A DNA stretch of 64,000 nucleotides from Schmidtea polychroa (GCA_044892525.1 CM097885.1:37264001-37328000), one strand, 5' to 3'. Positions 1 through 12,330 are shown, numbered from the stretch's first letter. Program-made: numbers and translations. The notes: generated by a model from the sequence alone, not told the origin.

Positions 1-1
1 A

Positions 2-2190
2 GTAGATATGTCGGAATACCCAGGTGCGTATCCGAGCAGTTTAAAAATAGAAAATGACGTAAAATATTATGTGTATCAAGAGTCTGATCTGCGAAGAACT
101 CAAGTGAGAGAGTGTATTGTCAAACATACAACATTTGTATTCTATTGTGGTAAATGGAGCCATACGTCACTCATAAAAATACATGCGATACCTAGGCCAG
201 TCGAGGTGCTTCCAGAAAACTGTCTAGCAGCATTTCAAACAGGGGAATTAAAAATAAGTCCAGAAATTCGTTTAAAGGCAAAATTGAACCATAGAATACG
301 AGAAACAATAATTGTAAAGGGAGTTATGAAAGCAAATGGCGACTGTGAAGGTGAACCATATAAAATGAACGGTAAAATTATTCAGCAACCAGTGGTGCTA
401 GAAGAATATCTCACGGAGTTGAGAGAGTTCGAAGGAGCTTTCGATGATGATACGGGAAAATTACAAACTCATCCATTCTGTAATATGAAACAAACACATT
501 GTCAAACAGGGGAATCGATTCTTGTTTATAATGTAGAAACAAATAAGTGTAATTTAGCGCACTTAAAAACTATGAACTTTAAAGAGCTAGTAGGAGAACA
601 GTTTAGAGATAAACCAGATAATTTCAATATGAATTATAGACCAAATAATACCATTAAATCAACCCCAGTATGGACAAAGCAAATGGGAACAGTTTTAATG
701 TCTACGTTACCAGCAGATGGAATGCGATTTATAAAAAAGGAAATCACAAATAAATGTGGTCGAATGGTATATGTAACAAATTATAAAGGTGTTTACGTGT
801 CTAGAAATGTTGTGGAAGAAGCAAAAATTAAAATTCACAGAGATGACATTAAACTTACTCATTATTTTAATAATAAAATTGATTATTTGTTTCATTTTAG
901 TCAAAACATCATGGAAAATGTATATAGAGAAATGATTCTGAACGATTGTAAGTTGAATAAAGAGATTCTCCGAAATCGGATGGCGATGGCAATTACGAAT
1001 CCAAATTTAGTAGCACCTATGCTAATATCAGAAAATGGAGTGTTTGCGAGAATATTTGGAGAGGCATTATACAGTTACAAATGCAAAGAAGTCACAGTGA
1101 AAATTGCCAAATACGAAAAATGTACGAACGAATTACCAGTAAGCTTTGGGGGAAAGGTACGATTTATGGAACCGATAACTAGAATCTTGCTTGATGAACA
1201 AACTAAACCAAAACTTTTGCAATGCAATCGATTATTAGCCCCTTTATACCGATTAGCTACAGACTCATGGATAGCCTTACCAGATTATCGTGGGGTCAAG
1301 ACTCCAGATAAACTAGAATTAACAAATTTAGAATACCTGATAAATTTCACATCACTAAACAAAATGGCACAAATGGGCTTGTATGCAAGCGAAGATATCG
1401 AAGAAGCTCAAAGGAATTTGTTGTTTCCATCCAAAAAGGAACGGATAATTTCAGAAATGATTGACACAGTATTACCGAATGGAGAAGGAACAGTAAATTA
1501 CGAAAATTTGCTAACACCTGATCATTTCAAACGAGCTACGTATAAAACGATGGAAAAGATTTGGGCAAGTTCATGTTTTTGGGACAAGCATGTGCAGGTT
1601 TAATTGGAATTTACGTGATTATGATAACGGCAAAGGTGGTAGTGTCGCAAATGTTGTCAGTACATCGAATATACGCAATATCGGGATGGTCATGGAAATT
1701 AGTTATTGGTTGTATTCCATTGTTGGCTAGATTCTTTATTACAGATCATCAATTTAAAGAAATGGCAAGAGTAAGGGCACAATTAAGAAATGGCCGAAAA
1801 AGTGAGGAATCGACGTGTCAGTCGGAAGATAAAAACGACGATCATAATGATGATAACAACAACGGGGAATCGGAGCATAAATACTTTCGAAAAAGTGTAA
1901 TAAAGAGTAAAGTAGAGCGAGAGTCCAGGTACTTGCTTGAACCAATGCCAAAATTAAGCGGGATTGATACTCTTAGTAAATGGTATACCCCGGCATTTAG
2001 ACCAACAGCACCAGTATATCCAAGTGAAAAACTAAAGGAGATGAAATCGGTCGATAATATCACAATAGAATTAGAGAAGATTGAACCAACGAGTGCTGAA
2101 ATTGAAAGAAAGAATATGCTTGGTCTACCATGCAGCTATGCACTAATGACAACAGTAGTAGGAGGAAAACAACCTCGAATAAACATACAG
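2..2190 (+). pseudogene. Envelope-like fusion glycoprotein resembling chuvirus/Monjiviricetes G (class III-like), with TM region and cytoplasmic spacer
   Basis: ORF 8..1603 is open to the window start. Cys-rich ectodomain with YFNNKIDY, C..N..L.N..A...P, GE..Y..KC..V.V, C.NELPV...F..P.TRIL. A 1-nt loss in a G run at ~1563 moves the frame into ORF 1561..2220 (WGKFMFLGQACAGLIGIYVIMI..., GWSWKLVIG), a hydrophobic anchor. Confidence 0.75.
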
Positions 2191-5100
2191 TTTACAAGAG
2201 AAAAGTGGAAGCTTTATTAGACTCAGGCTTAAGTCATACTATAGTAGCGGAAAGTTTCTTGGCGTATCAGGAGAAAGCCAAAATAAAACCAACGAATCAC
2301 ATTATTAAATCAATGTTACATAATGCACTAAATATTGTTGGAAAATTAGAAGTTAAACTGATAATTGGGGATCAAGAAATAATTCATTGGGTATCAGTGA
2401 TGAGAAAAAGTCCTGTAAAATGTCTTATTGGCATGGATGTCATGGAGCAACTACATGGAATCTCTCTTGATCTGAGAACTGGAAAACTAATAAAAGGACA
2501 AATGGGTGAAGTAGTGCCTGAAGTAGGAGAGGTATTTCTAAACCAAACATTGGAAGTACCACCAAAAAGCGAAGTAATATACTATGCAGATGTTATGAGG
2601 GTCTCAGATGAGGAGTACATATTTGAGCCAAATCAAAAGCTGGTTGAAAAATACGATGTGCCTATGTGTGATGAAGTAGTGAAAGTCCAAAATAAGTCAG
2701 TACCAGTTAGAATAGCGAATTATAGTGCAAGATCCGTTGAGATAAAACCCAAAACCAAATTGGGAAAATTAACAAAAATCAAATCAGAGGAAGCTCAGAA
2801 GTTACCGAGAAATATAAAAATTTATAAAGAACCTCAGATCACAAGCAAAGATTTGACGGATTTGCAAAAAAAAGAATTTGGTGCATTATTAAAGAAATAT
2901 AGAAATGTATTTGCAAAACATGAGTATGATCTGGGACTCACTCAGGTGATTGAGCATGAAATACCATTACTCAACGAAACCCCAATAAAATTACGGCCGT
3001 ATAGAATACCATACATACATCAGGAAGAAAGTGATCGGCAAATCAAAGCAATGAAAGAATTCAATATAATAAGAGATAGTTCCTCACCATTCTCATCATC
3101 AATAGTAGTAGTTAAAAAGAAGGACGGTGATTTAAGATTTTGTGTCGACTATCGAAAATTGAACCAAGTAACGAGAAAAGATACATCCTATTCCTGTTCC
3201 ACAGGAAATGTTGGATCAGATGGGGGAGGTGCAATATTTTACGGTAATAGATCTTAATAAAGGATACAATCAATTTAAAGTCAAAGAGGAAGATAGAAGG
3301 AAAACTGCATTTTCAGATAGGAAGGGTCTATATGAGTTTAACGTGTTACCATTCGGATTAACAGGAGCACCTGCTACATTTCAGAGAGGTATGAATTTTG
3401 TTTTGCGCGATATACCACATGCATTAGTGTATATTGACGATATAATAATATTTTCGAATAGTTTTCAGGAACATTTGCAGGATGTGGAAACAGTATTCAA
3501 GCGATTGTTAGAAGCAAACTTAAAAATAAAACCCTCCAAATGTGAATGGGGAAAATCTGAAGTAGTCTATGTGGGTCATATCATTTCGCGTCGAGGTTTG
3601 CAACCAAATCCAGAAAATGTAGAGAAAATTAAGGAATATCCTATTCCCAAGGATGTAGATCAGGTTCGACAATTTCTGGGATTAGCTAGTTATTACAGAA
3701 AGTTTATTAAAAGTTTCTCACATGTCGCACAACCTTTGAACATGTTATTGAAAAAGCAAGCAAAACTTAAATGGACAACAGCTCAGCAAGAAGCGTTTGA
3801 TAAACTCAAAGAAAGCTTAATAAAACAGCCGATATTAAGATGTCCGAACTTTAAAAAACCGTTTATATTAATGACAGATGCCAGTAATTTCGCATTAGGC
3901 GCGGTATTAGGACAGCAAGTAGAAGGGGAAAAAGATCATGTAATTGCTTATGCCAGCAGATCATTGAAACCTCATGAAAAGAATTATTCAACAATCGAAA
4001 AGGAAACGTTAGCATTGGTATATGGGATAACTACTTTTCGACAATATCTAGTGGGCAGAAAATTTGTCGTCTTTACAGATCACAATCCGTTACAATGGCT
4101 AATGAAGCACAGAGATTCGGCCAGTAAATTAATTAGGTGATCAATTGCGTTACAAGAATATGATTTCGAGATAAAGTATCGTACAGGAAAGTCAAATGCA
4201 AATGCGGATGCTATGTCGAGAATACCCGTAGAAAATAATGTTGATCAAGATGAGAAAAATTGCGAAAATACAATATTCTTGGCAATTAAAACGGTAAATA
4301 ATATCGAAAAATTACAAGATGATCAGGAAAATGACGAGGAATTAAATCAGTTACGTCAACATGCTGTCTCAATCAAAAAGGAGAGTGACTGGAAACATAT
4401 TGCCGAAGAGAACCATAAATACATTATTCATGATTGTTTGTTAAAATGTGTACAAAATGAAAATTTGTTAATTATTGTTCCGACAAAACATCGAAAATCA
4501 TTACTGTTGTTGTATCACGATGGAGCATTAGGAGGGCATTTATCAGCGCGAAAAACATTATCAAGATTGAAACAGAAATATTATTGGAAAACAATGGAAC
4601 AAGATGTCAGACAATGGTGTCATACGTGTGAGATAAGCCTAACAAGACGAAATACGGGACGGAAAATAAAAGTTCCGCTTAAGCCTATGCCAGTGCCAAA
4701 GGCGCCAATGGAAATGACAGCAATGGACATCGTTGGTCCATTGCCGGAAACAACAAATGGCAACAAATACATTATCGTTTTTGCGATTATCTTACTAAAT
4801 GGCCAGAAGCTTATGCAATGCCAAATCAGAAAGCAGAAACAGTTGCGAAAATATTTGTGGAGAATATTATTTTTCGATACGGAGCACCAAAGAAATTACT
4901 TACAGATCAAGGAACAAATTTTCAGAGTGAATTATTTAAATCAATCACAGATTTATTTGGTATATTGAAACTTAGTACCTCACCATATCATCCACAAACA
5001 GATGGTCTAGTTGAAAGATTTAATGGGACACTAATTAATATGATATCATCCTATGTAAATAGGAAACAAAAGGATTGGGATTTATTCATTAAACCATGCT

Positions 5101-5560
5101 TATTTGCATACCGGAATGCAGTAAATGAAAGCACTGGAGAAACACCCTTTTATCTCATCTATCTACGACGAAACAATATGCCAGTCGATCTGGAATTTCA
5201 GTCACCTATTTCCCAATATATGGATGTGTCAGATTATAAAATAGCTATGCATGAAGGACTACAGTCAGTATGGATCCAAGCTGGACTTAACATAAGGCAT
5301 TATCAAGAAGCGTATAAAGAATGCTATGATAAACGCGCACGGGCGCATGACATTAAAATTGGAGATCTCGTGTATATAAACAAACCAGAACCAACAAAAG
5401 GCTTGTCAACGAAATTGCAACGACCGTTTAAAGGACCATATCTAGTGTGTGATACGAGAGAGACTAACTTAAAATTGCGTCCACAAAACAAAAAAAGGCT
5501 GGGACAATCATCGTTCATGTAAATAGATGCAAGAAGATAATAGAAGATGAATCACGTTAT
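2160..5560 (+). pseudogene. pol: pol: aspartic protease, reverse transcriptase, RNase H, integrase (HHCC, DDE, GPY/F)
   Basis: ORFs 2130..3257, 3208..4140, 4213..4968 and 4818..5522 join across lesions: ~2190 (1 nt), ~3188 (2 nt, DT[Y]PIP), TGA at 4138 replacing W in SKLIRW, ~4780 (T run, IIVFCDYLTKW), ~5495 (A run, then IIVHVNRCK). MDIVGP / TDQG / DGLVERFN catalytic motifs. Confidence 0.95.
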
Positions 5561-5563
5561 CCA

Positions 5564-6857
5564 TTGAGATCAAAACCAAATAAAGATGCAGGGAACCCAG
5601 TAATTAAACAAAAGTTTACAAAAAACCCTGCTCCATTGAGTTACATCAATAAAGTTTTATTGATTACAACAGTAATGATTATCAATATAATGTCAGTAAA
5701 TGCAGTGAGAGTATTCCCGTTATATGCAACTAATACAGTTGTATTATTAGACAAAGTTCATATTTATTCAACATGTACTCAAATAGTTTGGGTTTATTAT
5801 GCTGGGGGAGCAGAATAATCTAGAGATAAATAATCTAATAAACTATTTTGAACCTCCAATAAAATTGAACAGCACCAAAAATATTTATGTGGCTAGACAA
5901 TTAACAATGAATTATGAATACCCTTGGTTAATTACGCAATTGGATTCGAAAAGTAATAATACAAAAATACAAAATCTTATACGCATTAATATTTGGACAA
6001 AGAGATTACATAATCGAGTATCAATTGAACCACTGGTAAATGGAATTGACATATATTGGGAACCCCAGGAATCCCAACAAGTAAAAGCAGTCTTTCAAAA
6101 TTATGCGATAGATACATTGACTAGCAGAAAACCCTTTATAAAGTATGCAAATTTAAAATTACATCATAACTATAATATTCTGATTCATTATTATGAAAAA
6201 TCTTTATATGAAAACGGAACTGAAATTGATAGCCAATGGATCAGAATACACTCTAGTCAACATATGATACGATTAGTTAATGAAACAAACCGGGTTACTT
6301 TTCATATTCTCAATCAATTAGTGAATGTTACCCGACAAGCGGAGCCCAATCAAAAAGCTATTTTATATTATTATGGAAAAATTCAATCGATATTCAATGA
6401 AAAAAATAAATCTCAAATATTAACTTTTCGTCAACGTTCACCAATATCGACGTCAAAATTTGTGTTCATTAAAATAAAATACTATAGACGTTCTCTATTT
6501 TCAAATTTATGGCAATTAACATTAGTGGAAAATAAAATTGTGCAAATTCCATCTATTAACTCGCAGTATGGAAATCGAAACAAATCAAATCAGTCCAACC
6601 GAACCCCTAGCTCTGTCAACGTAACCATCTTTTCTAGCATCAATGAGTCAATGACTAATAACAAAACCATATCGTCATTAAAAACTGACAGTGAAATTGT
6701 GTGTGTAACATTATTAATAACTACTCTCATTATAACAATCTCTCTCATTATTCTCATTATCATTGTGCTAATTGAATTTCGAACAATACCCAAACCTTCT
6801 ACGAATCGATCCGAGATTGCGAGACCTTGGGTCGTTTATGAAGAAACATTTGTGTAG
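5564..6857 (+). pseudogene. Second type I membrane glycoprotein (signal peptide, N-glycosylated ectodomain, C-terminal TM), contiguous with the IN C-terminus
   Basis: Signal-like KVLLITTVMIINIMSVNA in frame with the IN tail. Frameshift in a G run at ~5805 leads to ORF 5799..6857 with over 10 NxS/T sequons, TM IVCVTLLITTLIITISLIILIIIVLIEF and a short tail ending ETFV. Confidence 0.7.
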
Positions 6858-7045
6858 TAAGCCATAAATACTTTGCATGCAAAAATTGATAAAGTAGTAG
6901 TAGTAATATAGTACAAATATTTTATGGATATTATTAATATTTTATTTCATTATGGATATGATCAATATTTCATTTTATTTTACTTGTGAATCTGCACTTT
7001 TCAATGTCAACGGAAAGAATCAATTTGATTGGTTAGCGCTGTGTT

Positions 7046-7061
7046 AAGGGGGAGAGAAAAA
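7046..7061 (+). promoter_or_regulatory. Polypurine-tract-like sequence
   Basis: AAGGGGGAGAGAAAAA downstream of the polyprotein, similar to the PPT at 12549, but not followed directly by TG. Confidence 0.35.
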
Positions 7062-7266
7062 CGGGGTTAAGGAAATTTTCATAGGGGTATTAAAAGAGGG
7101 TAAAATCCATTAAACTCCATTAATTTTGAGGAAAAAAAAATATCAACAATTAACTAAACGGTAATTATTATTATTTATTTATATAACTAGTCGGTGGGAC
7201 GGTATCCTTTGGGTACCCCATCTCAACCCTAGTGTTAAAATTAAATTAACTTCAAATTTTAATTAT

Positions 7267-8754
7267 ATGACTATTGTAGAAAAAATGGAACAAATACAGT
7301 TGGCAAGGTTGACCTACGACAGCTACATCAAAATGAAGAACAATCATGCCGGACAAAAAGTATACCGGATCAATGACAATCTCCAAATCCCAAATTATTT
7401 AAGAATTGATGACCGAAAAATGAAGATCCAAATGTTTACGATCATGAGGATGTCAAAATTGCGATTAGCAGAAGAAGCCGAGATGTCAAGGAAAGAAGAA
7501 TATCATCTACATGTGATCAAGGGTACCGTTGAGGTACTGACGAATGACAACAAAGTGTGTTGGGAACTTAAAAAATTTACGTCGTGGAAGCTGCAGAGAG
7601 ACTTCATGTGGAGAATGTTACGAGCAGCGAATGAAGAAACAACCATGGTAGTGGAAATCAGAATCGAAAATGAAGCGAACGAAGTTCCGCAGATGCAGCC
7701 AAGTGCAAGAGAAGATCCAATGTTAATGAAAATTTCGAAAGAAATGTTGAAAAGGAAAATGTCGTTTCTCAGAAAGGAAATGGATTTGGAAGAAATCCGC
7801 AACAGAATATTGTTTATTGATGCAGAATATGGCACGTCTGAACAAGGAAAAATGGTCCCTCTAGCACTAGCGATTATGAATTATTATGGAAAAATAATAA
7901 AGAATATATACTTGACTCCAAGAGGAAAAATTCGCCATTTTAATTCAAGGATTCACGGAATCACAGAAGTAGCTAGCAGGAATCAATGCGATCAATATGT
8001 GGCAACAAAGGACATCCAACAATTGACAGTTGGCAAGATACTAGTGGGCTATGATTTACATGCAGAATTGCAATATTTGGGAATATGGATTGAGCAATTA
8101 TATGGCATTCGTGATTTGGCAGCGGCACCAGTACTCCAGAACAGGGGAGTAACAAGGAAAGGAGAATGGTTCAAATTACAAACCGTAGTGAGAGAAATAT
8201 GTGGAGAAGAGACACAAATCGGTGTGCATTCGGCTCTAGAGGATGTGAAGAGCATTCGCAAGGTATATCAGAGAGTGGAAAATCAATGGATTGATGATAT
8301 ACCAATGCCCAAAAACCTACCATCAAAGAAATATTCGTTGGAGGAATATAAAAAACTTCGAGAGGTACCATCAGCATCAACTGCAATAGCGGAGAAAGTG
8401 GCACAAATTCTGGTTGACGATGTAATGGAAGCAGAACAAATTGACTTGACAAGCGAGGAGAATGTGGAGATGGAGACGGAAAATCCATTAATTCCATTAA
8501 AGTGGGTCACCGAATCGTTTTTGGAAATTTCACAAGAATGTGTTTCAGTAATGATAAGTGTTTCGATGGTAAGAATACACCCAACACTTGAGTATGGTCC
8601 AATGCCCGAATGTCGACAAGCGAGAAAAAGGAAAAACACTTCAAATATTGATGTTGGGGAGACTGTAACCATCGATGGGGTAATCTATGAACGGGAAGAA
8701 ACAATAATACGGTATCGGCATGGAACCAAACAATTGGAAATAAAAATGAACTAA
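7267..8754 (+). CDS. DEDDh 3'-5' exonuclease (REX4/ISG20-like) domain protein, 495 aa, intronless
   Basis: ExoI ILFIDAEYG, HGIT motif, KILVGYDLHAELQYL (ExoII region, D replaced by E), RDLA, ExoIII HSALED. ORF is intact. Confidence 0.85.
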   Translation: MTIVEKMEQIQLARLTYDSYIKMKNNHAGQKVYRINDNLQIPNYLRIDDRKMKIQMFTIMRMSKLRLAEEAEMSRKEEYHLHVIKGTVEVLTNDNKVCWELKKFTSWKLQRDFMWRMLRAANEETTMVVEIRIENEANEVPQMQPSAREDPMLMKISKEMLKRKMSFLRKEMDLEEIRNRILFIDAEYGTSEQGKMVPLALAIMNYYGKIIKNIYLTPRGKIRHFNSRIHGITEVASRNQCDQYVATKDIQQLTVGKILVGYDLHAELQYLGIWIEQLYGIRDLAAAPVLQNRGVTRKGEWFKLQTVVREICGEETQIGVHSALEDVKSIRKVYQRVENQWIDDIPMPKNLPSKKYSLEEYKKLREVPSASTAIAEKVAQILVDDVMEAEQIDLTSEENVEMETENPLIPLKWVTESFLEISQECVSVMISVSMVRIHPTLEYGPMPECRQARKRKNTSNIDVGETVTIDGVIYEREETIIRYRHGTKQLEIKMN

Positions 8755-8758
8755 ATTA

Positions 8759-8763
<5 letters not shown>

Positions 8764-8851
<88 letters not shown>
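8764..8851. repeat. (TA)n microsatellite
   Basis: About 44 perfect TA units beginning 9 nt after the exonuclease stop codon. Confidence 0.99.
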
Positions 8852-8856
<5 letters not shown>

Positions 8857-10298
8857 TATAAAAATAAATAATGTTGAACTCGCGTTGTCTCATTTATTAA
8901 TTGGTAGCTCATCAGTTAAACCCCATAATTAGAAAAAAAAATGTAAAAATAATAAATAAAACTTTTAATAACAACATACACATTCCCAATTGTCGGAGTT
9001 TGGCTACCCTGGACAACAATTAGAAATGTGTGGTTGTCAGTAGTCATTGATTTTTCCATTGAAACCGTTTATGAATAAATGGAACTATATTGTATCTAAA
9101 TCTATATTTGTTTATAAGTTTCTCTGTGTATCTCGGTGTCTCTATATCTATATTTATTTATCCAAAACTATTTATCTATATCTAGGCATAAAATTTGAGT
9201 ATAGACTATTTTGCTTTGATAACTAAATATAATTTTATAAATTGGCCCATGACAATTGAATTTCAAATGGTGTAAAAAATCAACAAAATTATATTAACTC
9301 ACTTCATAGGTAAAAATAGCAACAGTTTCCTGTTCCAGCATAAATAAAAGTTAATAGTTAAGTAAAAAAATAAAATATTTAAAGTAATTTAAGTAAAAAA
9401 AAAAATAAATGATTAAAAATAGAAATTAATAAAGATCAAATAACTTACTTCCTAAAATCCAAATAGAAACAAATAAATTCAAATTTTCTTTCTCCTGGGG
9501 AGTTTGAAAAGGAAACTCTTATAATTCCTGCTGCCAGAAATAAATTTTTCCTTGTTAATAACAAAAAAAAAATTCTGTCAAATTAATTTGTCTGCAGAAA
9601 AATTTGCAATAACCAGAACAGAAAACTCAACAAAAATTTATCATTATCTGGAATAATCATCATTCTAGATTTTTCCACATTTTTTCGTAGTCTTTTCTTA
9701 CAGATTGGAATGCGCTTACTTCTTTTCCCACGATAACAGAAGGCAATCACTAATTTGTTCCTTAATGCGCATTCGTTTTCAACTTATTTTACCCTGATTT
9801 ATTGAAGGCTGAGGTTGCAGTTACAGTGAGAAAAAAAATTGGAAAATCTCAATGAAATTTTAAATACAAATATATAATAATTTTTAGGATTGATTTATAC
9901 GTTAATGACTTGAAAGCATCTTATATCATAGAAGTGGTGAGAATAGATCTTTGAGTTCATTGTGACCATTTAAACACCAAATTTTCGAGTGCAAATCAAT
10001 TAAAAATCTACAAAATTCATCCTAATTCAAAAACGGAATCTATATAACTCATAGTGGTCTATGGGGCTAATATCTACATACTTCATGGTTTCATATTCGC
10101 TTCGAAATCAACAATATTCATGTTTCTGCGCACCATTTTAAGTTGGAAATAGATTTTCGATTTCCAGTTAATACAGTGACAATTTCGATAATTAATGTTT
10201 CAATTTATTGTGTTAAATCATCAAAGAATCTGAAAATTATTTTACACAATATAATAAATAATCAATATAAGTTTATATTAACAAAAAATTTTATCCAC

Positions 10299-11298
10299 CT
10301 GCATAAGAGGACGATCTTGAGGTAATAATAAATAATTCTTTGCTTCATCAACTAAGTCTCTACATCTATCATCAGATTTTATCAGTAATTCAGTGCTAAC
10401 AGTACCAACTAAAAATTTTGGAGAAAGAAATGGCAACCTAACATGCTGTAAAATGCATGCAAAGTGTTGTCTTCGTTCATTAATGTCATATTTAACCCAA
10501 TTCATAATCGAATTATAGACTTGTTCCTCAGATCTGACATTTAACTCATTTCTACTAATGATTGAAATCAATTGGTTAACGGGTAATAAAAAAAAAAAAA
10601 ATTCTTCACTCATCATAACTTCCTAATTACGATTAAAACTTAACAATAAACTCAAAATTAAATTGTACTTGAAAATTATGGTGTGTAAATTTATCAGCAA
10701 TGGTTAATAAGTCATTACAAGCATGAGTATCAGCAAAAGATTGGATACCTAAGCAATTAGATGGATCAAGCTGCTGTTTTAAAAATTCACAACAAACATC
10801 TTGAATTTCTGATAATTGTAATAAACAAGCAGCTGGTAGTAAACACTGTACATTCCACTCTTCAATAACAATTTGGGATGTATAACAAAATTCTACCAAT
10901 GCTTCAACAGCACTTTCATCGATATCCCTTAATGTTACCTAATATTGTTTGATAAAGATAACCAAATATTTAATTACTTCATTTTGTAGTGATTCAGATA
11001 ATTCGCCAGTAAACATTGCTTTAAAATAAGGACTACATGCAGATAACACAATTCTATGGGCTAAGATTTGTTTCTGACCAACAATCAAGGCTACGTCACA
11101 TAATTCGCCGTGTTTTCTTAGTTGATTAATGGATTCCAAAGTAATTTTTGGGTGCTTCTCAGAGAAGTAGCATAATTTGTTAAACGTATTAGAATTGAAT
11201 GCACCCCCAGAACATTGATTTCCAGTAATAATCTTTTTCTCATTTTGTTGCACATCACAATAATTAATAGAAAATGGTTGCATATTTTCTAAATCCAT
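10299..11298 (-). CDS. KLHL20: Kelch-like protein 20/diablo, 5' part (BTB + BACK). Exons 11298-10978, 10938-10669, 10622-10299
   Basis: Spliced translation closely matches KLHL20 ([87 protein letters not shown]). GT-AG introns of 39 and 46 nt. Kelch-repeat exons not seen in the window. Confidence 0.9.
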
Positions 11299-12109
11299 TT
11301 AAAAGGAATTTAAAATTGGTGTTGTTTTCTGTGATCCCTACAAATATTTCCTGAATTCAAAATATGAAGGAAAAATAAAATCTCTTATCTATTAATGAAA
11401 AAAAAACAGCCAATCAGAACAATTTACGTTTCGTTGATTTTCCGTTTAGCAATGAAAGAGAAGTGTCCAAAGCAAATTATTTTTGGATGGAAATTCTATT
11501 TTTCGATAACGAAATAAATTCATTAACTCTGAAGAGTCCCAATAATCTAATATTAGCATAAATTGAACAACACCACAGTGGTTATCAGAATCAATTAAAC
11601 GAGAGTTGACAGAGAAAACTCTCAACAAATAAAATCCAAATTTCGCAGTCAAATTAATTTACGATTTTTTTTCGCACACACCCTAGAATTGATTCAACAG
11701 CAATTGTCCCCAATAAACAAGTCGAGACTTATCTAAATAGTGTTCCTCACAGTTCTATCGACTCAGCCGATGAATTTATTACCATAAATCAACTCGTCAA
11801 AGCCGCCTCCAATGGCAGAGACAGTAACTCAATTACCAGTGTTAGATTCAACGGGGAAATTGTTACTGACCATTTTAAAACAGAGTATTTGTAGAGTTTT
11901 ACAAATCGGTTAATTGTATTATTTTATTTGAAATTAGTTCATGAAATAATCATTGATTGTAAATTGACCGAACTGGAATATATTAGTGATTAGATTATTT
12001 TCAACTGTCTATTTGGTTTAAATCGATAAAATGACAATTATTCATTATATTATTTGATCTATCTAAATTAATTCAATAATCTACAAAAACAATTGCAAAA
12101 AAAAAAATT

Positions 12110-12162
12110 GATATTATAATTATTATTATTATTATTATCATTATTATTGTTGTTATTATTAC

Positions 12163-12193
<31 letters not shown>

Positions 12194-12330
12194 GTTATTG
12201 TCATTGTTATTATTGTTGTTACTATTGTTATTATCGTTATTATTGCTATCAGTAGGAATTATTATTATTATCGGTAGTATTATCGTCATTTTTATGAATC
12301 ATTATTATTGTTATTAGCATTAACATTATT
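12110..12330. repeat. Degenerate (TTA/TTG)n microsatellite
   Basis: Trinucleotide repeat visible in sequence. Confidence 0.9.

Larger units (their letters stand above)
1..8754 (+). mobile_element. Ty3/Gypsy-type LTR retroelement internal region (5' part outside window), order G-PR-RT-RH-IN-GP2 then exonuclease ORF
   Basis: PR (ALLDSG), RT (LRFCVDYRKLN, LPFGL, YIDD), RNase H (TDAS, YSTIEKE, TDHNPL) and IN after RH, which is Gypsy order. About seven frameshift/stop lesions. Inclusion of the exonuclease ORF and the 3' boundary are inferred. Confidence 0.9.

Noticed and set aside
2170..2215. Programmed -1 frameshift between G and protease
   Set aside because: No XXXYYYZ heptamer in the right frame, and the shift falls inside the protease fold; it looks like the other single-base lesions.
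707..8704. Short minus-strand ORFs over the retroelement, and the equivalent shadow ORFs over Polinton genes
   Set aside because: Antisense shadows of long ORFs with no recognisable motifs.
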